The notes under the pieces are model-generated. The model was not told where the DNA came from. It saw nothing but the letters and a program-made list of their open reading frames with translations, and did no database searches. DNA of 64,000 nucleotides from the human T2T-CHM13v2.0 reference genome, Homo sapiens, in assembly GCF_009914755.1 (NCBI RefSeq), contig NC_060931.1; one strand, 5' to 3'. The translations under genes were made by a program, and so were the position numbers. Shown here piece by piece: positions 29,095-41,268 of this stretch (positions are counted from its first letter, which is position 1; each line of letters opens with the position of its first letter).

Positions 29095-30760
29095 AAATGG
29101 AAAAAAATTCCATGCTCATGGATAGGAAGAATCAATATTGTGAAAATGGCCATACTGCCCAAAGTAATTTATAGATTCAAAGCTATTCTCATCAAGCTAC
29201 CATTGACTTTTTTCACAGAATTAGAAAAAACTGCTTTAAATTTCATATGGAACCAAAAAAGAGCCTGTATAGCCAAGACAATCCTAAGCAAAAAAACAAA
29301 GCTGGAGGCATCACACTACCTGACTTCAAACTATACTGCAAGTCTACAGTAACCAAAACAGCATGGTACTGGTACCAAAACAGATATACAGACAAATGGA
29401 ACAGAACAGAGACCTCATAAATAACACCTACACATCTACAACCATCTGAACTTCAACAAACCTGAAAAAAGCAAGCAATGGGGAAAGGACTCTCTATTTC
29501 ATAAATGGTGCTGGGAAAACTGGCTAGCCATATGCAGAAAAGTGAAACTGGATGCCTTTCTTACACCTTATACCAAAATTATCTCAAGATGGATTAAAGG
29601 CTTACGTGTAAGACCTAAAACCATAAAAACCCGAGCATAAAACCTAGGCAATACCATTCAGGACATAGGCATGGGCAAAGACTTCATGACTAAAACACTG
29701 AAAGCAATTGCAACAAAAGCCAAAGCAGACAAATGGGATCCAATTAAACTAAAGAGCTTCTGCACAGCAAAAGAAACTATCAGCAGAGTGAACAGGCAAC
29801 CTACAGAATGGAAGAAAACTTTTGCAATCTATCCATCTGACAAAGGGCTAATATCCAGAATCTACAAGGAACATAAACAAATTTACAAGAAAAAAAAACC
29901 CCATCAAAAAGTGGGCAAATGATATGAACAGACACTTCTCAAAATAAGACATTTATGGAGCCAACAGACATATGAAAAAAAGCTTATCAACACTGGTCAT
30001 TAGAGAAATGCAAATCAAAACCACAATGAGATACCATCTCACGCCAGTTAGAATGGTGATCACTAAAACGTCAGGAAACAACAGATGCTGGCGAGGATGT
30101 GGAGACATAGGAACACTTTTACACTGTTGGTGGGAGTGTAAATTAGTTCAACCCTTGTGAAAGACAGTGTGGCGATTCCTCAAGGATCTAGAACTAGAAA
30201 TACCATTGACCCAGCAATCCCATTACTGGGTATATATCGAAAGGATTATAAATCATTCTACTATAAAGACACATGCAAACATATGTTTATTACAGCACTA
30301 TTTACAATAGCAAAGCCTTGGAACCAACCCAAATGCCCATCAATGATAGGCTTGATAAAGAAAATGTGGCACATATATACCATGGAATACTATGCAGCCA
30401 TAAAATAGAATGAGTTCTTGTCCTTTGCAGGGATGTGGATGAAGCTGGAAACCATCATTCTCAGCAAACTAACACAGGAACAGAAAACCAAACACCACAT
30501 GCTCTCACTTATAAATGGAAGTTGAACATTGAGAACACATGGACACAGGGAGGGGAACATCACATACCTGTGCCTGCCAGGGGGTGGGGGTGCAAGGGGA
30601 GGGAGAGCATTAGGACAAATACCTAATGCATGCGGGGCCTAAAACCTAGATGATGGGTTGATGGGTGCAGCAAACCACCATGGCACATGTATACCTATGT
30701 AACAAACCTGCATGTTCTGCACATGTATCCCAGAACTTAAAGTATAATTTAAAAAAAAGA
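29095..30760 (+). mobile_element. L1PA 3' ~1.7 kb (broken ORF2 C-terminal part + 3' UTR)
   Basis: ORF-track peptides [47 protein letters not shown] match L1 ORF2; 3' UTR and A tail; probable TSD gaaaagttt. Confidence 0.92.
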
Positions 30761-31631
30761 AAGAAAAGTTTATTTTCATAATGAGAAATTCATATCACAT
30801 TAAAATATAATAATATAATAAAATATTTTAAAAGTAATTATAATGTAGATACTTTATATTTACACATGAATACAAACAACTGGGACTAAGAGTTATTATT
30901 ATAATCTTATTTTTATGTTTATTTAGGAAGTTACAGGATAGTTACCTCTGTACCCATTAGGAAGAAAAATTGGGGGATATAGATAAATACCTTTATGCTT
31001 GAGTTTGGAAACCACTTGGAAGAAGTTGTAACATCCAAGGATTGTGAATATTCAAACACAGTATATCTAGTCTAATCTATCTAAAATTACAACTCTGGAA
31101 ATTTAGATTGCAAATAATACCCAATTAACACTCCTGAAAAAGCCTCTCACACATAGAAAGACAAAAATTTACAGGTATATTGATAATTAGCTATATAAAG
31201 GAGCTCTTAACATTTAGTTTGTGCTTGTCTCGCAAACTGGGAAAAGAGAGCTGATGAGAATCCTCAGCACAGTCAGTACAACAAACTTAAGATGAGCAAC
31301 ACGGTCAATGGCTGTGATGCTGCTCTAAGAAAAGACATAGAACTTTCCATGTGTCCTTGCTGCCCCAAATATGTAGAGATATGTTCATTTCCAATAATGT
31401 TTTACACTCTAAGAAAATCAGAAGCAGTTGGGCCAATGAAAAGTAACTTCCTACCTCTGGTGACAGTGACAGCATGGCACGTGGGGTTATTATAGGTATA
31501 AGTAAGCTGAGCCCTGGTCACAGGAAGGGAAACTGTGAGAACTATCCTGCTTGCCCAGATAATGTTTTGAGATCCAACACTTGAATAGACATCTAAAGTC
31601 AGGGCCAAGAATGGTTAAAACACAGCCAAGA

Positions 31632-31957
<326 letters not shown>

Positions 31958-32614
31958 TTATTCTCTCTAATCACCTGTACCCTGAGAGTATGAGCAGACT
32001 GCATCCTTCCTAGGAACCAAGAGTGGGAAATTGGGGACTGCTTTCCTATTTTGTCCACTATAACTTAATTAACTGTTTTTTTTTTTTCTTAAATAGATCC
32101 CTATGTTAACAATCTACTACCTTGTATATAGTGGGTTTCTCTAACCAGATCCCTCTAATCTGGGAATGATCACCAGACCGAAGCCCAAGACTGGCACTGC
32201 CTAATGCCATAGTCTGGGCTGAATGAAACAATTATAAGGAAGGAAACTGGTCCTGTTAAAACTTATTTTGATTTGATTTCATGAAAGAAAAGATCTGGAA
32301 AAAGATAGGAAGATGCTTTGAACCTCTGTATTGAATCTTGGCAAATTTCACCTTAGTTAAAGATGAGCTAGAGCAATGACAACAGCACATACCTATGGAC
32401 ACGAGGAAGCCACAGCGTGTAAAGACCCAGGGAAAGAGTGTATTTCTGAAAATGGCATATGGCAGAATCTACAGGAAATTCAAGGAAACTGTTTTGCATT
32501 CTCCCAAGAGTCCAAGGATTTATGGCTTTTATCATTAAAGTACATAGTCAGGGAAAAAATAACATGACATATATGAGATGAAGAGTCTAGTGTATAAACA
32601 GGAAACAGATTATT

Positions 32615-33560
32615 AAGAAATGTTTTAGATGCAAGCAGTGGAGGTTTGACTCAAGCTGGATTAAACAGTAAGGAGAATGTATTGTCTTGAGTAACCTAAC
32701 AAAGGATGGACACATTTTAGGCGAGCCTTGATCCTCAGGTCAGTTGTATCTCCAACATCCCGTTTCCTTTTATCTGTCTTTCTGCCTTCCACGTAGTTTG
32801 GTTCCACTTGGAACTGACTTCTTTGTGGTCATAATATGTCTGTCAGCATCTTCTGGGACCCCAGACTTCTTCTAGTAGGAAGAGAATGCCTCTCCTGGCA
32901 CTTATTTCAAACAAACAGACATTTCTTTCCTAGAAACCCTTATAAAATTTCTCCTCAGGTGTTATGGGTTAGAATTTAGTCATATGTCCATGCCTTCCCC
33001 TGAAACCATCTCTATGCCCAAGAGACTGAAACATGCTAATGGGCTTAAGCGAGTCAGGGATTACACCTGGGACCAGAAATGGAATCGACCTCCAAAGCTC
33101 ATGGGCTACACAAAGGAGAGTACATACCTGAATTAAAATTGTGATTCTGTTACCAACAGGAGTGTGTTAGTCCGTTTTCACGCTGCTGATGGGAAATTTA
33201 CAAAAGAAAGAGGCTTATTGGACTCACAGTTCCACATGGCTGGGGAGGCCTCACAATCATGGCAGAAGGCAAGGAGGAGCAAGTCACATCTTACGTGGAT
33301 GGCAGCAGGCAAAGAGAGAGCTTGTGCAGAAAAACTCTCGTTTTCAAAACCATCAGATCTCATGAAACCCATTCACTATCATGAGAACAACATGAGAAAG
33401 ACCCAACCCCATGATTCAATCATCTCCCACAGGGTCCCTCCCACAACACGTGGGAATTATGGGAGCTACAAGATGAGATTTGGGTGGGGACACAGAGCTA
33501 AACCATATCAAGGAGGGAGCAGTTGATGCTGAATGGCTCAAAACAGTACATACCCACTAT
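32615..33560 (-). mobile_element. Old MLT1 (J/K-like) LTR interrupted by THE1
   Basis: gactcaagctggattaaac..., tcatatgtccatgcc..., aaattgtgattctgttacca; resumes after 33515. Confidence 0.55.
33163..33510 (-). mobile_element. THE1A/B solo LTR
   Basis: tgtgttagtccgttttcacgctgctgat ... aaaccatatca; perfect TSD AGGAG (33158-33162 / 33511-33515). Confidence 0.88.
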
Positions 33561-36315
33561 ACTACTTCATTTTGGTTGTGTAAAACCCTCATTTATTTTA
33601 CTTCCCAAGATGAATGGGGAATTTCTAAAATGCTCATGCTAAAAAAACAGAAACAAAACAGAATAAAACCAAACACACACACACACACTCACAACTTCTC
33701 ACACTACTGCTGAATGGAGATAACATAGAGTCCCATCGATCACATCAAGCTCCAGGTCTAAAATAAAATATCAAGCAGTCCTGTTCATATGTGCAGATAA
33801 AATTGTTGGTTTTTTTTTCCTTTTAAAATGTCTTAAACTTGGAAACAGACAAAATAATCTTTGATTGCCTCTTTTTGTTTCTGGGAGGATCTCCTGTTCA
33901 TTGTCTCCCATGGTTACATGTGAGTTACACAACAGGGAAATTTGTTTTTCTAAGCATGCTCTGCTCACCAAGGGCATCTTCACTGGTTTATTTAAGTATT
34001 CAAACTCAAAAGACTCCCGAAGGCCACATTAGCCACCAATGACTCAGAAGGATATCAGATAAGAACAGCTGCTATTTAGTAAGACAATGTCAGGCATTTC
34101 TCTCAGCAGAAGCTTTTGCATCAGCAATCTGTGTACTGGTCCACATAGCCGCCCACAGGCTGTCCTCTTCATAGGTGACAATTTAGATCAAAGGTTGAGA
34201 TTCACATTGGAGGGTGCAGCGATTTTCCTAACTTAAAAGCCACATGATCCATAGGAACCAGTATGTCCTATAAGAACTGCAGGGACATAGATTGCAGGAT
34301 TCTCATAACAGGGACGTGCCCCTTATAAGAATCACCACACACACCAAAAAATTGCCATGCCTATTAGAATAACTATTTATAATTATTTTATTGTTACTCC
34401 AAGTCCAGATGTAACTTAACAATCAAGAGTCCTTTTTTGTTTTGTTTTGTTTTTTCAAAATCATTGTGAACCAACCATACAGTTGACACATTCCATCTTA
34501 GCTAGTTTCCAGGTTAACAGAGTCAAAATCACATAACTAAACAGTCCAGAGCACTTAAATGAAGGTGCTTCCTCGCTGATCTACAAGGGACCATGGTGTT
34601 TTAGAAACCCACTTCTCAGTTCACTTTTAGCATTCTGCAGACACTTTAGAAGTTGAGTTAAGCAGAGGCTATTAGCAATCTGGCGTGGAATTTCTCTGTC
34701 AATACTACCACACATTTCTCTGTCAAAACTCCCACAAATGTATAGTGGGGTTTTATTCTCTTTGGTCCCATCAATTTGGGCTAGTGACCAAAGTGAAATA
34801 CTTGATTCTAAAATTAGGTTTGGGAATTTCTGCATGGCCTAGAAATGGGCCTTCAATGTTCATTCCCCTGTTTCTCTTCAATGACGTACACTTTGTCTTC
34901 TACCCCTGAAAAAGAAGAAATAATGATCCCATGAGGACTCACTAATAAGCTGCACTTGGCCCCGGGGCTGTATGTCTGTGAATAAATGACCTTCTATAAC
35001 AGGAATAACAACTTTGTGTCAGGAATAACATGTATTTCAGAAGTTCCCTGAATGGAGTTACTTTGGGCTACAACTAGAGAGTTTAGCTTTTTTCTTCATG
35101 CCAGCTCAAGACTACCGGGGTCTTTGACAGTTTGGATTGCTGGTTAAAGGCAAAAAAAAAAAAGCTTCATTTGGACAAGGGAGACCTATGTGCCATCCCC
35201 CTCTGCCTTCAGACACTGACAGTCGAAGGTCATTTCTTTCTATCGGAACCACAAGAAGTACTTAATGTACTCTGATAGTCTAAAATTTTCCTATCAAGTC
35301 TATTTTCCTATCTATCCTATCTATCAAGCTAGTTTCATAGTCTGACTCACAAGACAGCATAGGTGGCATTTTAACCAGCTGTTTTGCAAACACGTAATGA
35401 AGATCACTAACGTCCCAGCATGGGAAAGAGACATGCCCACGACCCTCCATCCTATCTCATTGTAGCCGATCTCACCTCTTAGGGCCTCCTTGCCTCACGC
35501 ATCTCTGGTACCAGATTAATTATCAGTTAGGAACCTTTCCAATATAAGTAACAGAAAATTCAGCTCAAAGTGGCTAAAACAATAGACTGTATTCGTTCAC
35601 ATAACTAAACAGTTCTGATGCCACAGGTGAAGAGGCTAACTCACTGATCCTCAGTGCACAAGGTCAGCGGTTACATTCCAGCTGGCTTTCTGTGCTGTGT
35701 ATCATATAAAGGAAGTCCCTCAAGGGCTTGGCCCCTTGCGAGGAGGGGACTCCATGGCTTTTCCTCACTCTTGTGCTGAGTCTTCTCCCTCTGTCTTTAT
35801 TTCTCTTCCCAAAGCCATCCCCCTTATCAAAACTCTCCGCTAAACCCCAGTTCCCCCGCCCACCCCATCTTCCAATTCCTCTTGGTGAAAATGCAGCCCC
35901 TTCTACCGGGAGGTCTTGCTGCTCCTCAGATCTTTTCTTGCCCAAAGCTTCAGCCAGACAAGCCTTAGTATTCACTGCCATTCAATCCCTGAGGATGAAC
36001 GTGGGTTCTCTAATTAAAATTCAATTTTTTTACCAGTGCTAACCTCCAGCCTGCTTGTTCCATTTCTAGATTGCCTGTTAAATAACAACAATTTTCAAAG
36101 AAAAATGTTGACTTTAATCAGAGAAAATACAGGACACTGATTGTTGGGCTCCAGCCATGGCCTTCAATCAGCGGCTATTAGTAAGTGTTTTGAGAGGCAC
36201 CTTTGAATTGGTCTCCCTGGAACTCAATGTCTATTTTATAGACTGTTTGTTTGTTTCAGGATGCATCTAACAAAAATATTTTGACTTAAGGCCACTCTTT
36301 GACAGAAACACAGAC

Positions 36316-36316
36316 A

Positions 36317-36353
<37 letters not shown>
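36316..36353 (+). repeat. (TA)n-(T)n compound microsatellite
   Basis: Read directly. Confidence 0.9.
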
Positions 36354-36569
36354 CCTGGAGGGCAATTTAATATGTAGACCCTTTAATAAATAAACACATA
36401 GATAAGTAAGTATGACAAATATTTATTGCATGCTGAGGAAACAGAGTAATGGAATTCATAAATTCCATTTATGAATTTTAAACTTGAAGCTAGAGAAACA
36501 CAATATACACATGTTGACTTCAGATTATAAAAAAGTAGCATGAAGAAAATAAAGAGAATATATTGATTC

Positions 36570-36990
36570 TATTAGTCAGGTTCTTGCCAGGAAACAGAGT
36601 TTATCTCAGATGATTCCAATGAAGAGATTTTAGTGAAGGCACCACTTACAGAGATGTGAACTGGGATACAGGAACAAACAAGGGATGCTGAGGCACCCAG
36701 AGACCAGCAACATTAGGAAGCCATTAACATCTCTAAGAGCTGGCAGAACAGGCAGCTCTTCTAAGAGCTGGAGGGATTCAGTTATGCTAGAGACATAGTA
36801 TAAAGCACAGGGAGAATTGGAAGGAAATCCTGCTATCTCAGTCTCCTTTTGTTCTTTTATCTCCAAAGGGAGACTGAGATAGCAGGATTTCCTTCTAATT
36901 CTCCCCATGCTTATTCTGTTGGCTGAATCTATCCAGAAACCAGGCAGCAAAAAAAAAGTTGGGAGATGTAAATGATAGGACCCAGTCTCT
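36570..36990 (-). mobile_element. Old LTR fragment (LTR78-like)
   Basis: attagtcaggttcttgccaggaaacagag...aagggatgctgaggcacccagagaccagcaac resembles the reverse of an old eutherian LTR 3' end. Confidence 0.5.
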
Positions 36991-37149
36991 TGGGGAAAGA
37001 AAAAGTCAGAGAGCAGATTTGGGGTAGTGGGGCAGGGCAGGTCAGGGTAAGCATAGACTGCTTTAGGAACAATGATCAAGGGAAGGACAGGAGGAGGTAG
37101 CATTGTACACAAAGCCCAAATGATGAGCCGGAGCCAGCTGTGGGAAGTA

Positions 37150-37380
37150 TAGGGCAGTGGCTGCAAAAACCTGTCTCTGGGCTAGACTTCTGATTTGAAG
37201 CTAGTTCCTGGTGTGTAAACTTGGATGACTTTACCCTCTCTGTGCCTCAGTTTCCTCATAATTGAAACAAAGCTAATAATCACACCGATTCCATTGCATT
37301 GTTTTGAAAACTCCATTAAATACAGATAAAGTACTTAGACCCATGCTTGGTATATAGTCAGCGCTCAATGAAATATTATT
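37150..37380 (+). mobile_element. MIR
   Basis: ttaccctctctgtgcctcagtttcctcat core. Confidence 0.75.
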
Positions 37381-37812
37381 TTATTTGTATTTGGGCAAAT
37401 GTTTATGAGCAGAGCAAGTACTGAGTGTAAAAGTTTGTAGTGAGAACTAGAGTAGCATGTCCCATGAATAAGGCTGATAATGATGTGGTTAAAGTAAAAC
37501 TTGCAGTATAGGAATTCCAATTAGAAACTTATACTAAGAAAATGAAGTTATGTAAAAGTAAAAATGGGATGCTCATTGCAATGTTGTTTATAACAGAAAA
37601 ATCAGGGAATGGGACAGCATTTCAAAAAATATAGTTCAATGGAGTAAAATGTAGCATATTCTTATATTGGAAAAGGTAGCTAATGACATGGAAAGTGGCG
37701 TATAGTGATGATATATTATTGTTAGCTCAGCAATAATATAAATTACATATTTAGATTTAATATTATAAATTTAATGATTTATATTTAATAATATGAATTA
37801 AATATAATTTAA

Positions 37813-37880
37813 TTGCACTGCACTCCAGCCTGGGTGACAAAGTGAGATCTTGTCTCCAAAAGAAAACAAACAAACAAAAA
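37813..37880 (+). mobile_element. Short 3' Alu fragment
   Basis: cactgcactccagcctgggtgacaaagtgagatcttgtctc plus A-rich tail. Confidence 0.85.
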
Positions 37881-38329
37881 GATGTCTGGTGTAAAACATG
37901 GCTTTTGTAGGAGGAGGCTGGCCATGATTTACTTGATATTAAAAATTATCAGAGATCTTCTGGATCAGAGCAGCTTCATCAATCTTTCCTTTTGTTATGT
38001 TGTCATGGTAACAATAGGGCTCAGGCTAAAGCAGCCCTTATAGTTCAGTGTAAATCATATTTAACATTTGAGAAGTTTCCCCTTTTGACTCATGCTTTGA
38101 CTGAGACGTTGAAAGATCCGCATGGTGTGCTGAGACAATATGGTCAATAACGATCTTGATCCTAAAATCTAGATATACTAAAATTTAAAAGGTGTTTGTC
38201 TAGGAGTGGATGGCTTGCCGGGTTTTTGTATCTCTTCCTCTTCACCCTGACCTTCCTTCTTCTTCACTACATTGTATTTTCTACTTTTTTTCCTGTTTAA
38301 AAATGCTGTATCACTTGTTTTTAAGATAA

Positions 38330-39200
38330 AATAATTCCCTGTCCCCTCCACCCTGCAGATTAAAATGCTAATCTGATGCTGTTGGCCTCCTCTTCAGAAC
38401 ACCTGTGTTTCTCTCCACCACCTGCAGTCAGAGGCAGGGTCCTGTGCTTCGCAGCATCGCTGTACCTCTCAGCGTCACCTGTACCTCTCAGCATCGCCTG
38501 TACCTCTCATCATTGCCTGTACCTCTCAGCATCGCCTGTACCTCTCATCATCGCCTGTACCTCTCAGCATCGCCTGTACCTCTCATCATCGCCTGAACCT
38601 CTCATTATTGCCTGAACCTCTCATCATCGCTTGTACCTCTCAGTACTGCCTGTACCTCTCATCATCGCCTGTACCTCTCAGCATTGCCTGTACCTCTCAT
38701 CATCGCCTGAACCTCTCATTATCGCCTGAACCTCTCATCATCGCCTGTACCTCTCAGTACTGCCTGTACCTCTCATCATCGCCTGTACCTCTCAGCATTG
38801 CCTGTACCTCTCAGCATCACCTGTACCTCTCAGCACCGTCACCTGATACTCCCAACTAGCACTTGATGTTCTCAATCTTCCTGTAGTTTCCAAAACACAA
38901 CTTGCTGTTTCAGGCCTCCTTGTCTTTGTTCAGGCTGTTCACTGGGCCTAAAGTATCACTTCCTCTTCAGCTATTCGTATTTTTTATTCTTCTAGTTTAT
39001 TTAGGCATCACCTCCTCCAAGAACCTTACTCACTAGCAACCCCTCTTCCCACCCAAGCCACTCAGCTGTCCTATCATCTATTCTCTGAACTCAAAGAAGC
39101 AGGAATCTTGTGTCATTCATCATTGTGTCCCTAGAGCCTAGCATAGCACCTGGGATATAGTTGATGCTCAAGTAACATTGTTAAACTAAGCTGAACTGAA
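38330..39200 (+). mobile_element. L2 3' region hosting a minisatellite
   Basis: L2 text (caggcctccttgtctttgttcaggctg..., cctagcatagcacctgggatatag..., gctgaactgaat). Confidence 0.6.
38454..38832 (+). repeat. 19-bp minisatellite (VNTR), 20 copies, consensus KCATCGCCTGTACCTCTCA
   Basis: Units counted directly; units 8-13 and 14-19 form a 114-bp higher-order duplication. Confidence 0.95.
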
Positions 39201-40624
39201 TCAAGGGGGATTTGTGCTTCCTACAAGAGAGAAAAAGACAAAACATTTTTCTGGGGCCATGTACAGGTATTTTTCTGATACGATTCTAAATGTCTTGAAA
39301 ATTTCCTTAAGAGAAGCATCCAGAAGGTCACACAAGCTGTTTCTAACTGACTCCACAAAGACTCAGCTATGAGTTGTTTGCTTTAGACAGACTGCAATCA
39401 TAACATGGGCTCAACAGATCTAGAGGCTTTTTAAGGCATCAGCAAACATGTAGCATGCCACAAAAGCAGCAGGTGGGTTTATTGAGGGAGAGAAGCCAGA
39501 GTGTCAGCTTCTCAAACTCAAGATGTTAAAAACTCATCATTTTTTGATTCCTTCATCACTCACAAAAACAAAACAGACTCCAGTTTTCTCCAAGGTATCC
39601 AGTTTATTGTTCGTTCCCATTTTCCTTGCCCCCCACTTCAATTTATCTTCCCTACATTTTTTGATGCTGTGTGTCCTCCATCACCGTGTCCATCATCCAC
39701 CTTCAGGCCACCATCATCTCACGTGAACGTGATGTCACATCCCTTCAACCTGCAGCCCTGTTTCTTTCCTATCATTCTCATCAAATAGCCTCACTACCAG
39801 CAGACATATCTTTCTAGAACACAGGTCTGATAATGAGTCTATGTGTGAAGAAGTCTTCAGTGTTTTCCCTGTTACCTACTGAATGAAATCTAAAGACCTG
39901 AGTTTGACATTCAATGTCCTCTACTATCCTCCACTATTTGCTTTTTTATGCGACTAAGCAAAATTGAGCCCATAACCCGAAATTCATCTAAAATACCCCA
40001 ATTTCCATGAATATCAGTGATGATTTCTGCAACTGAAGGTCATATCGGACCCCTGAATGTTCTCATTTTTAAGTTTTTTTATGGTTTTAAGCCTTTTTGT
40101 TTCCTTTTTCTTTAACAGCATCCATACATGATTTATCATTGTGTATCCTCAAACAACTATCCTATTTTTTGTGTATACAGAGTAAGCCATCTATAAATAT
40201 TTGTTAAATAAGGCATTTGGGGCTAATTTCATAAACATTACTCCAAATAATATTTTTTGAGGCTACACATTAAATTATTTATAGTCAACTTCCCAATTGA
40301 AAAACTCTGTGGTTCTCTATAATTATTTAGCTTTATTGTGATATAATTGATATGTGAAATTTACATATTATATCTCAATAAAGCTAAAAATGTTAGATAA
40401 TCGGAGTTTTTCTGCAATGTACAATTTAGAAAATGTACACAATGTACAACTAAAGACAAAATGTGCAATTTAATGTACACATTTCATTGAGCTTTGACAT
40501 ATGCATACACCAATTATACCATCCTTTACAAGGTATCTAAAGTAGTAAAAGTCATAGAAACAGAGAAGAGAGTGGTGGTTTTTAGGGGCGGGCTGAAGAG
40601 GGAAACAGGGAGTTGTTGCTTAAA

Positions 40625-41163
40625 TGCTTAATTTTAGGTATCGACTAGGCAGGATTATGGAATATCTAGAGAACGGGTAAAGCACTGTTTCTGGGTGTGT
40701 CTCTAAGGATGTTTCCAGAGGACAGTAGTGTGCGAGTCAGTGGACTGAGTGGGGAATATCTGTCTTTAATGTGGGTAGGCACCATGCAATCTGCTAAGGG
40801 CCAATTTGATAGAATAAAGAGGGAGAAAAGGATTGTCCTCTCTCTCTCTTTCCTAGAGCTGGGACACTCTCCGCACCCTGCCCTTCCACATCAAAACTCC
40901 ATGTGCTCTGGCCTGGGACCCTGAGACTGCAGCACTTACACCAGCGCCCCCTGGACCCCCAGGTTCTCAGGCCTTCAGACTTGAACTAAAGATTAAACAT
41001 TCTGCTTCCCTGATTCTGAGGTTTTTGGACTTAGACTGAGCCACAGTGCTGGCATCCCAGCAAGTCTGCAGCTTGATGGCTTGTTACCATACTCCTCAGC
41101 CTCCATAATTGTGTGAGCCAATTCTCCTAACAAATCCCCTCTCAAATTATCTATCTATCTATC

Positions 41164-41206
<43 letters not shown>

Positions 41207-41268
41207 ATCTATCTATCTATCCTCACACATATCCTATTGGTTCTGTCTCTTTGGAGAACCCTAACACA
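40625..41268 (+). mobile_element. MLT2 (HERV-L) LTR inserted in an L1M 3' end
   Basis: ttctgggtgtgtctctaaggatgtttccagagg..., ctcagcctccataattgtgtgagccaattc, end tcctattggttctgtctctttggagaaccctaacaca; L1M 3' text flanks it at 40530-40624 and 41269-41400. Confidence 0.82.
41148..41221 (+). repeat. Compound (TATC)n tetranucleotide STR
   Basis: TATC run with two 3-bp ATC interruptions, inside the MLT2. Confidence 0.92.

Noticed and set aside
29140-30626. L1 ORF2-like ORFs as an active retrotransposon
   Set aside because: 5'-truncated and broken by frameshifts and stops; no intact ORF1/ORF2 anywhere in the window.
33230-33255. PRDM9 hotspot motif in the THE1 LTR
   Set aside because: Minus strand reads CCTCCCCAGCCAT, mismatching CCNCCNTNNCCNC at positions 7 and 13; the THE1D LTRs also mismatch.
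36630-37166. 178-aa minus-strand ORF
   Set aside because: Overlaps an old LTR fragment, has a non-ATG start and no recognisable domain.
38454-38832. CRISPR-like appearance and repetitive ORFs (38376-38859) of the 19-bp array
   Set aside because: Head-to-tail units with no unique spacers, eukaryotic context and no cas genes; the ORFs are by-products of the repeat.
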